From assembly GCA_030390025.1 (NCBI GenBank), contig CM059432.1, forward strand, positions 107,262,001 through 107,326,000: a DNA stretch of 64,000 nt, in the 5' to 3' direction. The notes under the pieces were generated by a model. The model had not been told where the DNA came from. It ran no database searches and was given only the letters and a program-made list of their open reading frames with translations. Below, in pieces: positions 34,601-46,600 of this stretch. This DNA comes from Squalus acanthias. Its lineage: Eukaryota. The translations under genes were made by a program, and so were the position numbers. Within the stretch, counting starts at the first letter, position 1. Every line of letters starts with the position of its first letter.

Positions 34601-37600
34601 AAGATAAGGTGTGGGACAAATGTTGAAAGGGGAATTGGGGTTGTGGTTATGGTACCGCAGGCGGATAATTCCATCCCGGATATCCCGGCCAGCGCGATGA
34701 CCCTTACCAAAATGGCGGCTGCTGTGTCTGGCGCCAGAGGCAGCCGGAAGTGAGGCAGCCACTATTTTTTTCCAGAAAACCAGCGTTAACGGCTGGCGCA
34801 AAGGTAAGCAATTTCTAGGCCTATGTCTTTTCTCTCCAAAAATTAATTGCCCACACTATTCTATAAAAACAGATAATTCCAATATTAGTGTGGAGGTGGT
34901 CCTTTCAGTTAGTCTCAATGTCCAACGTAAGCTGGAGGGTGGAACCTTAGGTTAATCTGAATTTTTACTTAAGTCAATTTTTTTTCAATTGAGAAACTAA
35001 TGTGAAATGGAGGGAGCCCTCGGTGAAGGACAACAATAAATAGGGTTAGAAAGAATAAGATGAGATAAACCAAGAAGTTGTGATTCAGTAATGCCAAAAG
35101 CTGAAGATTGCATCAGGAGTGAATCATTGTTGAGTGAATGCACGATTTAATTTAGAAAACGGAGTGACAAGTCTTAATTTCAACACAGTGAGTACCTGGA
35201 AAGGAAGGAAAATATTTAAGACAAAGGGCTAAAAATTTGATTGTGTAGTGCCTGTTGTTTTGGTGCTACAGGTGCCGTTTTGGGTCGAAAATGATGTCCG
35301 AACCACCGGACGCCATCTTGGTGAGGGAGGTAGTGTCGGCGATGGGAGCATGAGCCAGAAGTATGTAGAGTAGGCAGACCGTGACATCAATTAGCGTACA
35401 ACACTAATTTGGCCCCAGCACTGCCATTTTCATCCTCAACACTGGAAGTAACGTCCTGTGTTAACCTTGCACAGCTGAACATGTGTTCAGCAGCTGCAAG
35501 GACCCCCTACCAGCGATAATTAAAGGGATCATCAACCACTCCCAGGTCAGTTGCTGATTCATTTCTACTGGCTCTGTTTAAGTTTGTGTTTGGAACTTTC
35601 TAGAGTTGTTTAAAGTTGGTGAGGTGATAGGGAGTGGTGCTGCAAGTGGAGAAGGCCTTGCTTCTGACTTCAAGGGTTCTGGTTAGACCACCTGCTCCCA
35701 GTCATGGGTGGTCTAGTTATCATCCCCCTTGGCCTGCAGCATGACAGGGATGTGGAGCAGAGGCACGAAGAAGAGGAAAAGCAGCTCGCAGAGGGAGGCG
35801 GAGGAGGGGGAGAAGGAGCAGGAGGCCTTACCCATCTAGGGTCTTCCAAGAGCAATTCTCTTACCTCAACCTGAGCCAGGAGCAGTGTGTGAGGTGTCTG
35901 CGCTTTACGAAGAAGGTGTTCACAGAACTTTGCCACCTCCTGCAACCAGACCTGCAGCCTTACACCAGGGCAAGGACAGTGGCTGTGAAAGTGACCGTGG
36001 CCCTGAATTTCTTTGTGCCGGAATCCTTCCAAGCTGGAGCAGGTGACATCTGTAACATCTCCCAGTTCGCCGTCCACTGCTGCATAAGAGAGGTGACAGA
36101 CGCTTTTTATGCTAGGAGAGGGGACTTCATTGTCTTCTCTCTGACCAGAGAGAAGCAGGTGGAGCGTGCCCGTGGCTTTGCCAGGATAGTGGACTTCCCC
36201 ATGGTGCAGGGTGCCATCGACTGCAGGCATGTGGCTTTGTGGGCACCGCATCTAAATGCTGAGATGTACCGCAACCGCAAAAGTTACCACTCGCTGAATT
36301 TGCAGTTGGTGTGCGACCATGCTCAGCACATCATAGTGTTGAATGCCCGGTATTCTGGCAGAAGTCATGATGCTTTCATTCTGCAACAACACGCTGTTCC
36401 CTCAGTCTTTGAACCACCATGGCAAACCAGAGGGTGGCTACTGGGCAACAAGGGCTATCCGCTGACCACCTGGCTCATGACTCTGCTCTGCAACCCAACC
36501 ACACATAGGCAGCATGCGTACAATGAGAGCCATGTTGCCACAGATAGAGATGACCATTGGCATCATTAAACAACCCTTCCGCTGCCTGGACCGCTCTGGA
36601 GGAGCCCTGCAGTACTCACCAAAACACGTCTCAAGATTAGTAATGGTCTGCTGCATGCTCCACAACATCACCATCATAAGGGCACAGCCCTTGCCACCAG
36701 GCATATGGCGAACAGCTGAGGAGGACAAGGAGGAAGAAGAAAAGGAGAAGGAGGAAGCGGAAAAGGAGGAGGAGGAAGAGGAGGAGCAGGAAGCAGCAGA
36801 AGAGGAAGCGTAAGGGAGGAAGCAATCCAGACAGCCCCTTTCTGCCTGGGTGAACACAACCGCAATTCCCCAGCTGGTGTGTAACCTTGCTCAGCACATC
36901 ATGATGGTGAGTGCCCAGTATCCTGGCAGCAATCATGATGCTTACATTCTGGGCCAGTCCGCTGTCCCCTCAGTCTTTGAGCCACCACGACAAACCAGAG
37001 GGTGGCTACTGGACAACAGGGCTATCCGCTGACCACCTGGCTCATGACTCGGCTCTGCAACCCAACCACATGTGGGCAGCATGCGTACAATGAGAGCGGC
37101 CACACGGATAGAGCAGACCATTGGTGTCTTTAAACAACTCTTCCGCTGCCCGGACCTCTCTGGAGGAGCCCTGCAGTACTGATCAGAACAAGTCTTAAGA
37201 TTTGTCGTGGTTTGCTGCATGCTCCACAACTTCACCATCATGAGGGCACAGCCCTTGCCACCAGGCATACGGTGACCAGCTGAGGAGGAAGAGGAAGAGG
37301 AGGAGGAAGTGGAAGAGGAGGAGGCAACCCAGACAGCCCCTTTCTGCCCGGGCTATCCGTGATCGACACATCCGACTGCGGTACCAGTGACCACATCTCC
37401 AATTCCCCATTCAACAATAGTCCCACATCTTACCTTCCCTCTGTTACTGACCATCACAGCATCCACTTGCCTACAACGCTGAAAGAAAAGCCACCACAAA
37501 AGAAACATTCCAATCCAACTTTATTCATCAATCCATCCAATATTACATAACAAAGTCAACTAATCACCCTTGTGCATTCCCTTAGTGCCTGTCTTCAGTG

Positions 37601-40600
37601 TGCCTTTGCCTAACCTGGTGCTCCTATGAAGTGCTACCCCAGTGGCTGCAGCATAGCTGGTGGAAGGCTGCTGACTTTCAGTGGAGGAGACTGCAGATGG
37701 CCTTACATGACGCCTTCGAGCAGCTCTGGGCCAAGAAGGCCTGGAGGAGTGGCAGCGGTGGGAGGACGAATACTGTCATCCTGAGAGGACAGCAGGTTCG
37801 TCCTTCACAGAGACACTGCCACTACCCCAGGGCGGCGCCTCAGCATTCCTAGCCATCTGCTGGAGGACAGATTGCTGGACTACTGTGACACCCTGCAAGC
37901 CCCTTTCCACACCGGTAAACCCAGCCACGATGGCAGCAGTCTGAGCTTGCGTGGCAGCAAGCTGCCCTTGCATGACTTCAGTCTGAGCTTCCACTGCAGC
38001 ACTTAGACGTTGAGTGGCTTGTGCTTGTGCTACAATGGAAGCTGAGACATCGGCATGCTGCATGATGATTGGGTCCACAAGTGCGCTAATAGATCTGCCC
38101 ACCCCTTCCATGCTGGAAAAGATGAGCTCTAAGCTCTGCGCAAGGTTGGAGCTGGACTCCTCCATGCTCCTCGACATTGCACTCAGGCTTTCTGACAGGC
38201 CTTTCAATGCACCAAGCATTTCGTTGTTCATACCAAGCAGCATTCTTCTGTAGGGCGCCCCACTGAAGTCTTCATCTGAGTCCTCTGCAGCAGAACTCAT
38301 GTGCGACCTCGCCCTCTGGGGAGCTGGCACCTGCTCTACCCTTTCCCCCTGCCCTGGCTGCAGCCCACTTGTGCCCAGTGACTCACCATGTGCAGATCCT
38401 GCCTTTAAGCTACCTTCTAAACTCCATGCAGTGCCAGTGTCTAAGCTGGTGGCTGTGAGTGTCAGATCTAATGACGGTGTTTCTTCTTCTTCTTCTTCAT
38501 CACTCTCCCTCTTCTTCTACAACCACTGGCTGGCCAGGTTGGATTTCTTGGGTATCTGAAATGAGAAAGGCACAAGGATAGGGTTGTGGTGAGGGGGGCT
38601 GGGGGGTGGAAGCAGGATGTGCATGCTTACACCATGTACAGATTGTAAATCAGAAGAGATTGTGGGATGAGGGGGAAGTGGGATGAGAGAGGAGGTTAAC
38701 TTATGAGGATACCAGTATCTTGTACTCTTTCAGTCCCGCCGCAGGCCATGGGATCAGCCATGCCCCTCCCAAGAATGGCCAGCACCATCTCCTCCCAGGG
38801 GGGTTGAGGTGATGAAACGAGCCTGTCCCCCGCTGGTTAGGTTCTGCTGGCGCCGGTTGTGTGCCACCTTTTCCTGCAAGAAAAAGGGAAGTGTGTCAGT
38901 GAGTGTGGTGCAATGTGTTTGGGTGATGTGTCAGTGAGTGTGGTGCAATGTGTTTGGGTGAAGTGTGTCAGTGAGTGTGGTGTAATGTGTTTGGGTGATG
39001 TGTGTCAGTGAGTGTGGTGTAATGTGTTTGGGTGAAGTGTCAGTGAGTGTGGTGTAATGTGTTTGGGTGAAGTGTGTCAGTGAGTGTGGTGTAATGTGTT
39101 TGGGTGATGTGTGTCAGTGAGTGTGGTGTAATGTGTTTGGGTGAAGTGTCAGTGAGTGTGGTGTAATGTGTTTGGGTGATGTGTGTCAGTGAGTGTGGTG
39201 TAATGTGTTTGGGTGATGTGTGTCAGTGAGTGTGGTGCAATGTGTTTGGGTGAAGTGTGTCAGTGAGTGTGGTGCAATGTGTTTGGGTGATGTGTGTCAG
39301 TGAGTGTGGTGCAATGTGTTTGGGTGAAGTGTGTCAGTGAGTGTGGTGTAATGTGTTTGGGTGAAGTGTCAGTGAGTGTGGTGTGATGTGTTTGGGTGAA
39401 GTGTGTCAGTGAGTGTGGTGTGATGTGTTTGGGTGATGTGTCTGTCACGGTTGAATAGCTGGCAGTGTGTGCAAGCTGTGAGATGTGGGTGTGAGGTTTA
39501 CAGCAGTGTTGGTAGAGATTGTTGGTAGGTGAGTGATGGGGGTGTGTGTGTGAGCAGTGCGTGAGGCTAGTGGTGCAGATGGTGGGATATGGCATTTGAA
39601 AATGAATTCACTGACTTTGACCACTCGTGTGAGGTCATTAAACTTCCTGCACTGCGTCCAGGTCCTCGGGGTAACACTGCTGGCATTCACCACATTGGCT
39701 ATCTGCTGCCATCGTACTTTTGTCTGTTGGCTGGAGGGCCTCCAGACTTGCTGTGGAAAGAGGACCTCTCTCCTTGAGTTGACTTCCTGCAGTGTTGCTT
39801 CGGAGTACCTTGGTACACACTCTCTCTCCTGCTGTGTCATCATGAATTGATTGCAGTGTCTTCCTCAGCCAGTTGAATAATGATCTGGAGGCAGAATGCA
39901 CCTCCCCTCAAACTTGGGTCCCCTGCTGAGCATTCAGCCACTCAGCAGCGCGTTCAGTGCTGGGCTGAAAGGCACTATCATGCAAATGAGAAGGCAGCAT
40001 GAAGTTCATGTGCTGCCTGCAGTCCTCCGAAAGGGCGTGGATTGCTAGCGCACTGCGATCCCAGCGCCCATTTTCGGGGCCAAACCAATTTCTATGTCAA
40101 CAGCTTTCTAACTTGAGAGGAACAAGACAGGATGGTTTAAAGGGCCAGTATCTCTAGTAGTGTTGGCTAAACGAGAAAGACAAGAAAGGTTGTGATGGAG
40201 AGAGGCATTAAAACTGCTCCCTTGGATATGGAAGCAGGATTCAAGTCTTGGATCGACCTGGGTTTTATAGCAGGTAGAAGTTATTGAGGGAAAAAGAAGT
40301 ATTTGGGACGAAGGAGGACGCAAGCTTCTTTTTTTATTATTCATTCTCGGGATGTGGGCATCGCTGCCAAGGCTGGCATTTATTCCATGTCCCTAGTTGC
40401 CCTCGAGAAGGTGGTGGTGAGCCTTTTTCTTGAACCGCTGCAGTCCGTGTGGTGAAAGGTGCTCTCACAAAGCTGTTAGGGAGGGAGTTCCAGGATTTTG
40501 ACACAGCAATGCTAAAAGGAACGTGTAATATATGTCCAAGTCAGGATGGTGTGTGACTTGGAGGTGACGGTGATCCCATGTGCCTGCTGCCCTTGTCCTT

Positions 40601-43600
40601 CTGGGTTGTGGGTTTGGGACATGCTGCAGTAGAAGCTTTGGTGAGTTGCTTCAGCGCACCTTGGAGACAGCTTTAGAGGAAATGTTGGAGTTGCATGCAA
40701 GATCAGAGCAGATAACGAGACGAAGGATGTCTGTAGATAAAGGACTAAGGGTAAGAAAAAGCATTATCTCCTGGCAGCAGTTACGATTGAAAAGCACCTC
40801 CTGTATTATACTGGGTAAATGAGGATAGTAAGTAAACAACAACAACAACAACAAGTATTTATATAGTGCCTTTAACATAGTAAAACATCCCAATGTGCTT
40901 CACAGGAGTGTTATAAAACAAAATTTGACACCGAGCCACATAAGGAGAAATAAGGGCGGATGACCAAAAGCTTGGTCAAAAAGGTAGGTTTTAAGGAGCA
41001 TCTTAAAGTGAAGAAAAGGGGACAAGCTGTTGATCTTCAGGTCCCTCAGAACAGTGCACTAGACTGTCTGGTATTGCACAAATGAAGTACACAGCATACA
41101 CTTGGGTGCTGCATGCAGATTGCTCAAGAAGCAAATGGAAAAGCAGCAGAAATCCAATAGAAAATAAGTGGTGCAATATTAGATTTCACCAGCGCGCACG
41201 TACCACAGGTGTTGTTGCAGGTTCACCTTTCTGGCCCTTTCTGCCATTTATTCCCGGACGACCCTACAAAGAACACATCAAACAATTATTTATTTATATT
41301 TTTTAATGATTCAATTCCGGTCTCCTGTTTTTGCAGTATATATAAACTTACATGTCTACCAGGAAGGCCAAATTCTCCTTTTGGTCCAGGATGTCCCATT
41401 GGTCCCTAAAAATAAACTTGTTGTTATTATGATATAAAAAAAAATTCCTACTGTTTCAGCGGCAATAGAACAGTTTTATTATAAAAAGATATGTACACCA
41501 GTACTGCTCTGAAACATCCATGCGGAGGTCCAAAACTTTCGCCTTCCCTTCCTCTAGCCCCCTGTTTGGGAGATACCCAGGAGAATTCCCTATTCTTCTT
41601 TCAAAAAGTCCCATGGGATCTTATACGTCTACCCGAATAGGCAGACTAAAGATTCAGGCCTTTGTTTAAAGTCTCATCCAAAAGATGGTGGCTCAAAATT
41701 TGCGGTCAGAGGCTTCCCACGGGTGGATGCCTCCGACCTGCAAAAAATCTACGATTTTACCTGGTGGTCCGGGAGGTACGGAGACTCGCGCTCCTGGGCC
41801 TCTTCGGGTACCCGCGGGTAGAGGTCCACATATCCCAGGGGCATATGCGGTTCGCAAGTGCCCCTGGGATCATGTGGGCCGGCCCAACCAATGAAAGAAG
41901 GGGAATCCCCATTCATACTTATGGGGATTCCTTATGTACGGAACTCCCATAAGTATGAATGGGGGTCACTTAAAAAATACACGAACACATGAAATAAATT
42001 GAAAAAATTACATATTTAAAATTAATTAAAATGCCATTTAATTAAATATTTTAAACAAAACTTTAACTTTTTGAAACTTTTTTAATATGTTTTAACGGGG
42101 CTAAAAATAAACTTACCTTATTGGACAGGTTTTTAATGTACAAATGGTGATAAAAGTTTATTTTTCTATTTTTTCAAACTCTTACGTTGGCGTATGAATT
42201 TCAAGGGCATTCGCTGGGCAAAAGTTGGGCAAATAGCGCAACTCTCCACCTGTGGAGGCCCATTTCCTGGGAAGCGGATCATCTGTCAAGAGAATTCTTG
42301 ACAGATCGCAAGTTCTGGGTTTTCACGCATGCGCTTCGCATGCCTAAACCCGGAACTTGCGCAGCCCTTTCGAGCGCGTGTGCACTTTGTTCGCTCCCGT
42401 AGGGGTCGCAAATCTTCGGCACTGCAAAGCATCAGTGCAGTAAATTATATGCAGGAATGGGGCTTAAATCCACTGATCTAAGCACACTACTGCTGCTTAG
42501 TAAACTGGACAAATATCTACTTTTGTCTCAGACTAGCTATTACAAGCTAGAGCATCACCTTAATTTCAGCTCATCTCAATCTAAACTCTTCAATCAATCC
42601 ATTTTTAGCCATTCACTTGGATGCCATTTAACCTGTAATTGCTATAAGCAGAGGTGGTTTCATTCTGAACCTTTTGAAAATGTATTCTTGGGATGTGGGC
42701 AGTACTGGCAAGGCTGGCATTTATTGCCCATCCCTAGTTGCACTGAGAAGTTGGTGGTAGGCCTTCTTCGTGAACCGCTGCAGTCCGTGTGATGAAGCTG
42801 CTCCCATTCTTTGTAGCAGTTTGCTAGGCCACTCCAGTAGTCGGTTAAGAGTCAACCACGTTGCTTTGGAACTGGAGTCACATATAGGCCAGACTGTGTA
42901 AGGATCATCAGTGAACCAGTCGGGTTCACTATCCCACAGCTTCATGGTCACTTTTATAGATACCAGATTACTTATTTCCAGATTTTTAAAATGGAATTCA
43001 AATTCTATACGTCACATTTTCTGGATTAATAGTCCAGTAACATAACCACTAGCAGTACCATACCCTTACTTGCTATACATGGGGTTGTCAGCTGTCCACT
43101 TTTACACAGGACAATGTGGATTTTGAGTGGACAGTCCAGCTATTGAAAAGGTGCTTTTTTTAAATAATCTATTTCCACTTACTTCTGAGTTCTAAGATTT
43201 GAAGACACTGGTTATCAGAATCTTCAATTAATTTTGTTTAGCAATGGAGCAACTATCAGAACTAAACTACGATCATACCCAATTTCATGTTTGGTACTGG
43301 AATGTACCAGCCCTACCCACATGTGTGGCTGGTAGCTGAGCATGTGGTGACACTGTGTGTAGAATTAACTTCTGGCAGCTCCGACTTGGCTTGCCACTGG
43401 AAGTTGGCAGGATTAATCTAACTGAGGCCTGTGAAGCATTTATTGAATTGCCCACTCTTCTCTGTTAAACATCTGGAATGGGGAGTTGTTCCTTTTAATC
43501 AAGCATTTGGCATCATTTGTTATTCATTGTAACAAGCCAAACCAGCTGTGAAATATCGTGCTTCTGCCCCGAAAACAAATACATTGCCAGTCCAAAATAC

Positions 43601-46600
43601 AACAGGAAACACATTTTGGTGATAGCAGTAAGATTATGAGGTAATGGAAAGCAAAGAGAAAAATGTCACAGGATTATATATACAGCACAGAAGGAGGCCA
43701 TTTGGCCCATCGTGCCTGTGCTGGATCTGAAAGAGCTATCCAATTAGTCCCAGTCCCTTGCTCTTTCCCCATACCCCTGCAAAGTTTTCCTTTTTAAGTA
43801 TAGATCCACTTCCCTTTTGAAGGTTACTATTGAATCTCCTTCCACCACCCTTTTAGGCAGTGCATTCCAGATCATAACAACTCGCCGTGTAAAAACATTT
43901 CTCCTCATCTCCCCTCAGGTTATTTCGCCAATTATCTTAAATCTGTGTCCTCTTGTTACCGACCCTCCTGCCAGTGGAAATGTTTTTCCTTAATTACCCT
44001 ATCAAAACCCCATATAATTTTGAACACCTCTATTAAATCTCCTCTTAACCTTCTATACTCTGAGGAGAACAATACCAGCTTCTCTAGCCTCACCACATAA
44101 CTGAAATTCCTTGGTACCATTCTGGTAAATCTCCTCTGCACCCTCCCCAACTCTCATAACTGATCTGAAGCCCCAGTAAGGCGAAGTAGTTCCAAACTGC
44201 AGTGAAATATATTGATGCATGCAGAAAAACAAGGCTTAAAGCATAAAACAGTTCCTACCAGAGGTCCAGAGGGCCCCTGCAAGCCTGGTTGACCCTGTAA
44301 GAAAAATAAGTTATAGTTACTTGTTCAATAGCCAAGGTTTAAATAACAAGAAATCTTGGATCTAGGTTTACTAATTGTACAATTAAATACCTCTTCCACC
44401 TGCTCCCCTCTACCTACCTTTTGAACTTTTGACCCTATAGCCATCAAAGATCCATCTGCGGCAATAATAGCTCCAGACTCACCCTTTTCACCCTATAGAG
44501 AGAACAAAAGAAAATATTGTGCCCAGTTTATCAACTAATGCAATGGTGGTGACTGTGTCTAATATGTGGAGCCCAACTTCCCATCCACACTGCTGACAGG
44601 AAGGAGGAGACTTAAAGGGGGCAGTAAGAACAGGAGATAAAGTGAAGGAGATCGACACAAAAGGAACCCACAAAACAGAGGGGAAGGAAATAAAAGAGCA
44701 TCTTACAGTGAAACAGTTAATCTTAAAGAAATGGTTTTGTGGCCTTGTATTTGTGCAAATAAATACACTGACGCACCTTTAATTTATTATATTATTTAGA
44801 TAGTTGCTTAAAAGTTTTACTTGAGAATAGCTTGCCTCCAGATTGGAGCTGCTGTTTGCATGCTCATGCAGAGGTGAGACATTGGCCTGGATTTTCCAGG
44901 GCCTATGACCGCATACGCTTACTTGCCCCGCAGGTTCCGGGTTTCCGCATGTTTGACAGCTCGTACCCATCCAAAGGAAATGGACATTCGCTGGCGCAGG
45001 GTTGAGCTATTTTCCCAGCGAATGCCCACAAAACTCTTACGCCTGGTAAAAGTAGGCGTAGGGCCTTCTTTTACCGGCGTAAGGGTTTAACTAAATATTA
45101 GACATTTTTAAAAAATCATTAAAACATTCAAAAGCCTTTAAAACTAGTTTAGGTTATTTTTAGCCCCTTTAAAAATGTTTACATTTATTTTTCAAAAAGT
45201 TTAATTTTTGTTTTAAATGTTTAATTAAATTGTATTTTAATTAATTTTAAACATGTGATGATTTATTTTTATTTAAGTGGGGTGAAAGTGTTTTTTAGGG
45301 GATTCCTATTAAGCTTATGGGGATTCCGTACGTAAACGGAATCCCCATAAGCATAATGGGAATCCCCCTTTGTGATTGGTTGGGCCGGCCCACGTGATCC
45401 CAGGGATGCTGGCGAACCGCATGCGCCCTGGGATATGTGGGCCTTTACGCAGCTGTACGCCTGCAGGCCCAGGACCGCAAGAGTCCGAAGGTACGGAGGC
45501 ACCAGGTAGGTGCGTACTTTTCTTGCGGATTGGAGGCAATCGCCTGCGCGAAGCCTCCGACCGCAATTTCAGGTCCAATGTTTCCTCTCAGCTAGCAGCC
45601 TCTCTCAGTCCGGGAGCAAAAACTGCAGCTCTACATTTATGATGATGCACATAAAGATGTTGCCACAAGGTGAGTTTTTGAGAAAATCCTATTAAAATAT
45701 TTTGCTGAAACTTGCTACATCCTAACAATTCGAAACAATTTAATCCAATAGTATATATTCAAAGCCAGTGTGTATATTCAGATCCGCGGTGCATATTAAG
45801 ATCAATGGTATCAATTCAAATCTACGTATGTAGTTGGATCCACAGTATATATTCAGACCCATGGCATTATTGGATCCACTGGATATATTTGGATCAACAG
45901 TATGCAGTTAGATCCAAGGTATATAGTCATATACATGGTATATATTCAGATTCACAGTGTACATTCAGATCCACTATATATATTTTGATTCACTGTATAT
46001 ATTCAGATGCACAGAATAGAGTTAGGCTCACTGTATATATTTGGATCTATGATATATTCAGATTCACAGAATATATTCAGATCTCTGTTACATATTCAGA
46101 TCCATGGCATATAGCCAGATCCATTCTATACATTTAGATTCAAAATATAGCCAGGTCCACTGTATATATTCAGGACCAAATTATATATTCAGATCCAGGG
46201 TAGATTTAGATCCATGGTATACATTCCAATTCATGGTATATTCATGTCCACTGTATATATTCAGATCCATGGTATATATTCATAACCACAGTATATTCAG
46301 ATCTATACCATAAATGTTCAGATCCTCCATATAGAGTTAGATCCATGGTTTATATTCAGATGCACTGTGTACATTCAGTTCCACAGTATACATTCCAATC
46401 CACAGTATAGATTCAGATCCATGGTGTATATTCAGATCCATGATCTGATCCAAAATCTTATGATTTTTTTCTTTAATTATTCAACTTTTCAAAATATTTT
46501 AAATGGATCATTTTTGTTTGTACCAACATGCTGACGTAGTTCACTTGGGATTTTATTGAGGAATATCACATGGTGTGGTTTACCTGTTGGTTATATATGG

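Noticed and set aside
35889..36569. Host HARBI1 gene
   Set aside because: Lies within TIR-bounded multi-copy elements, is frameshifted, and a catalytic Asp is replaced (LLGNKGY)
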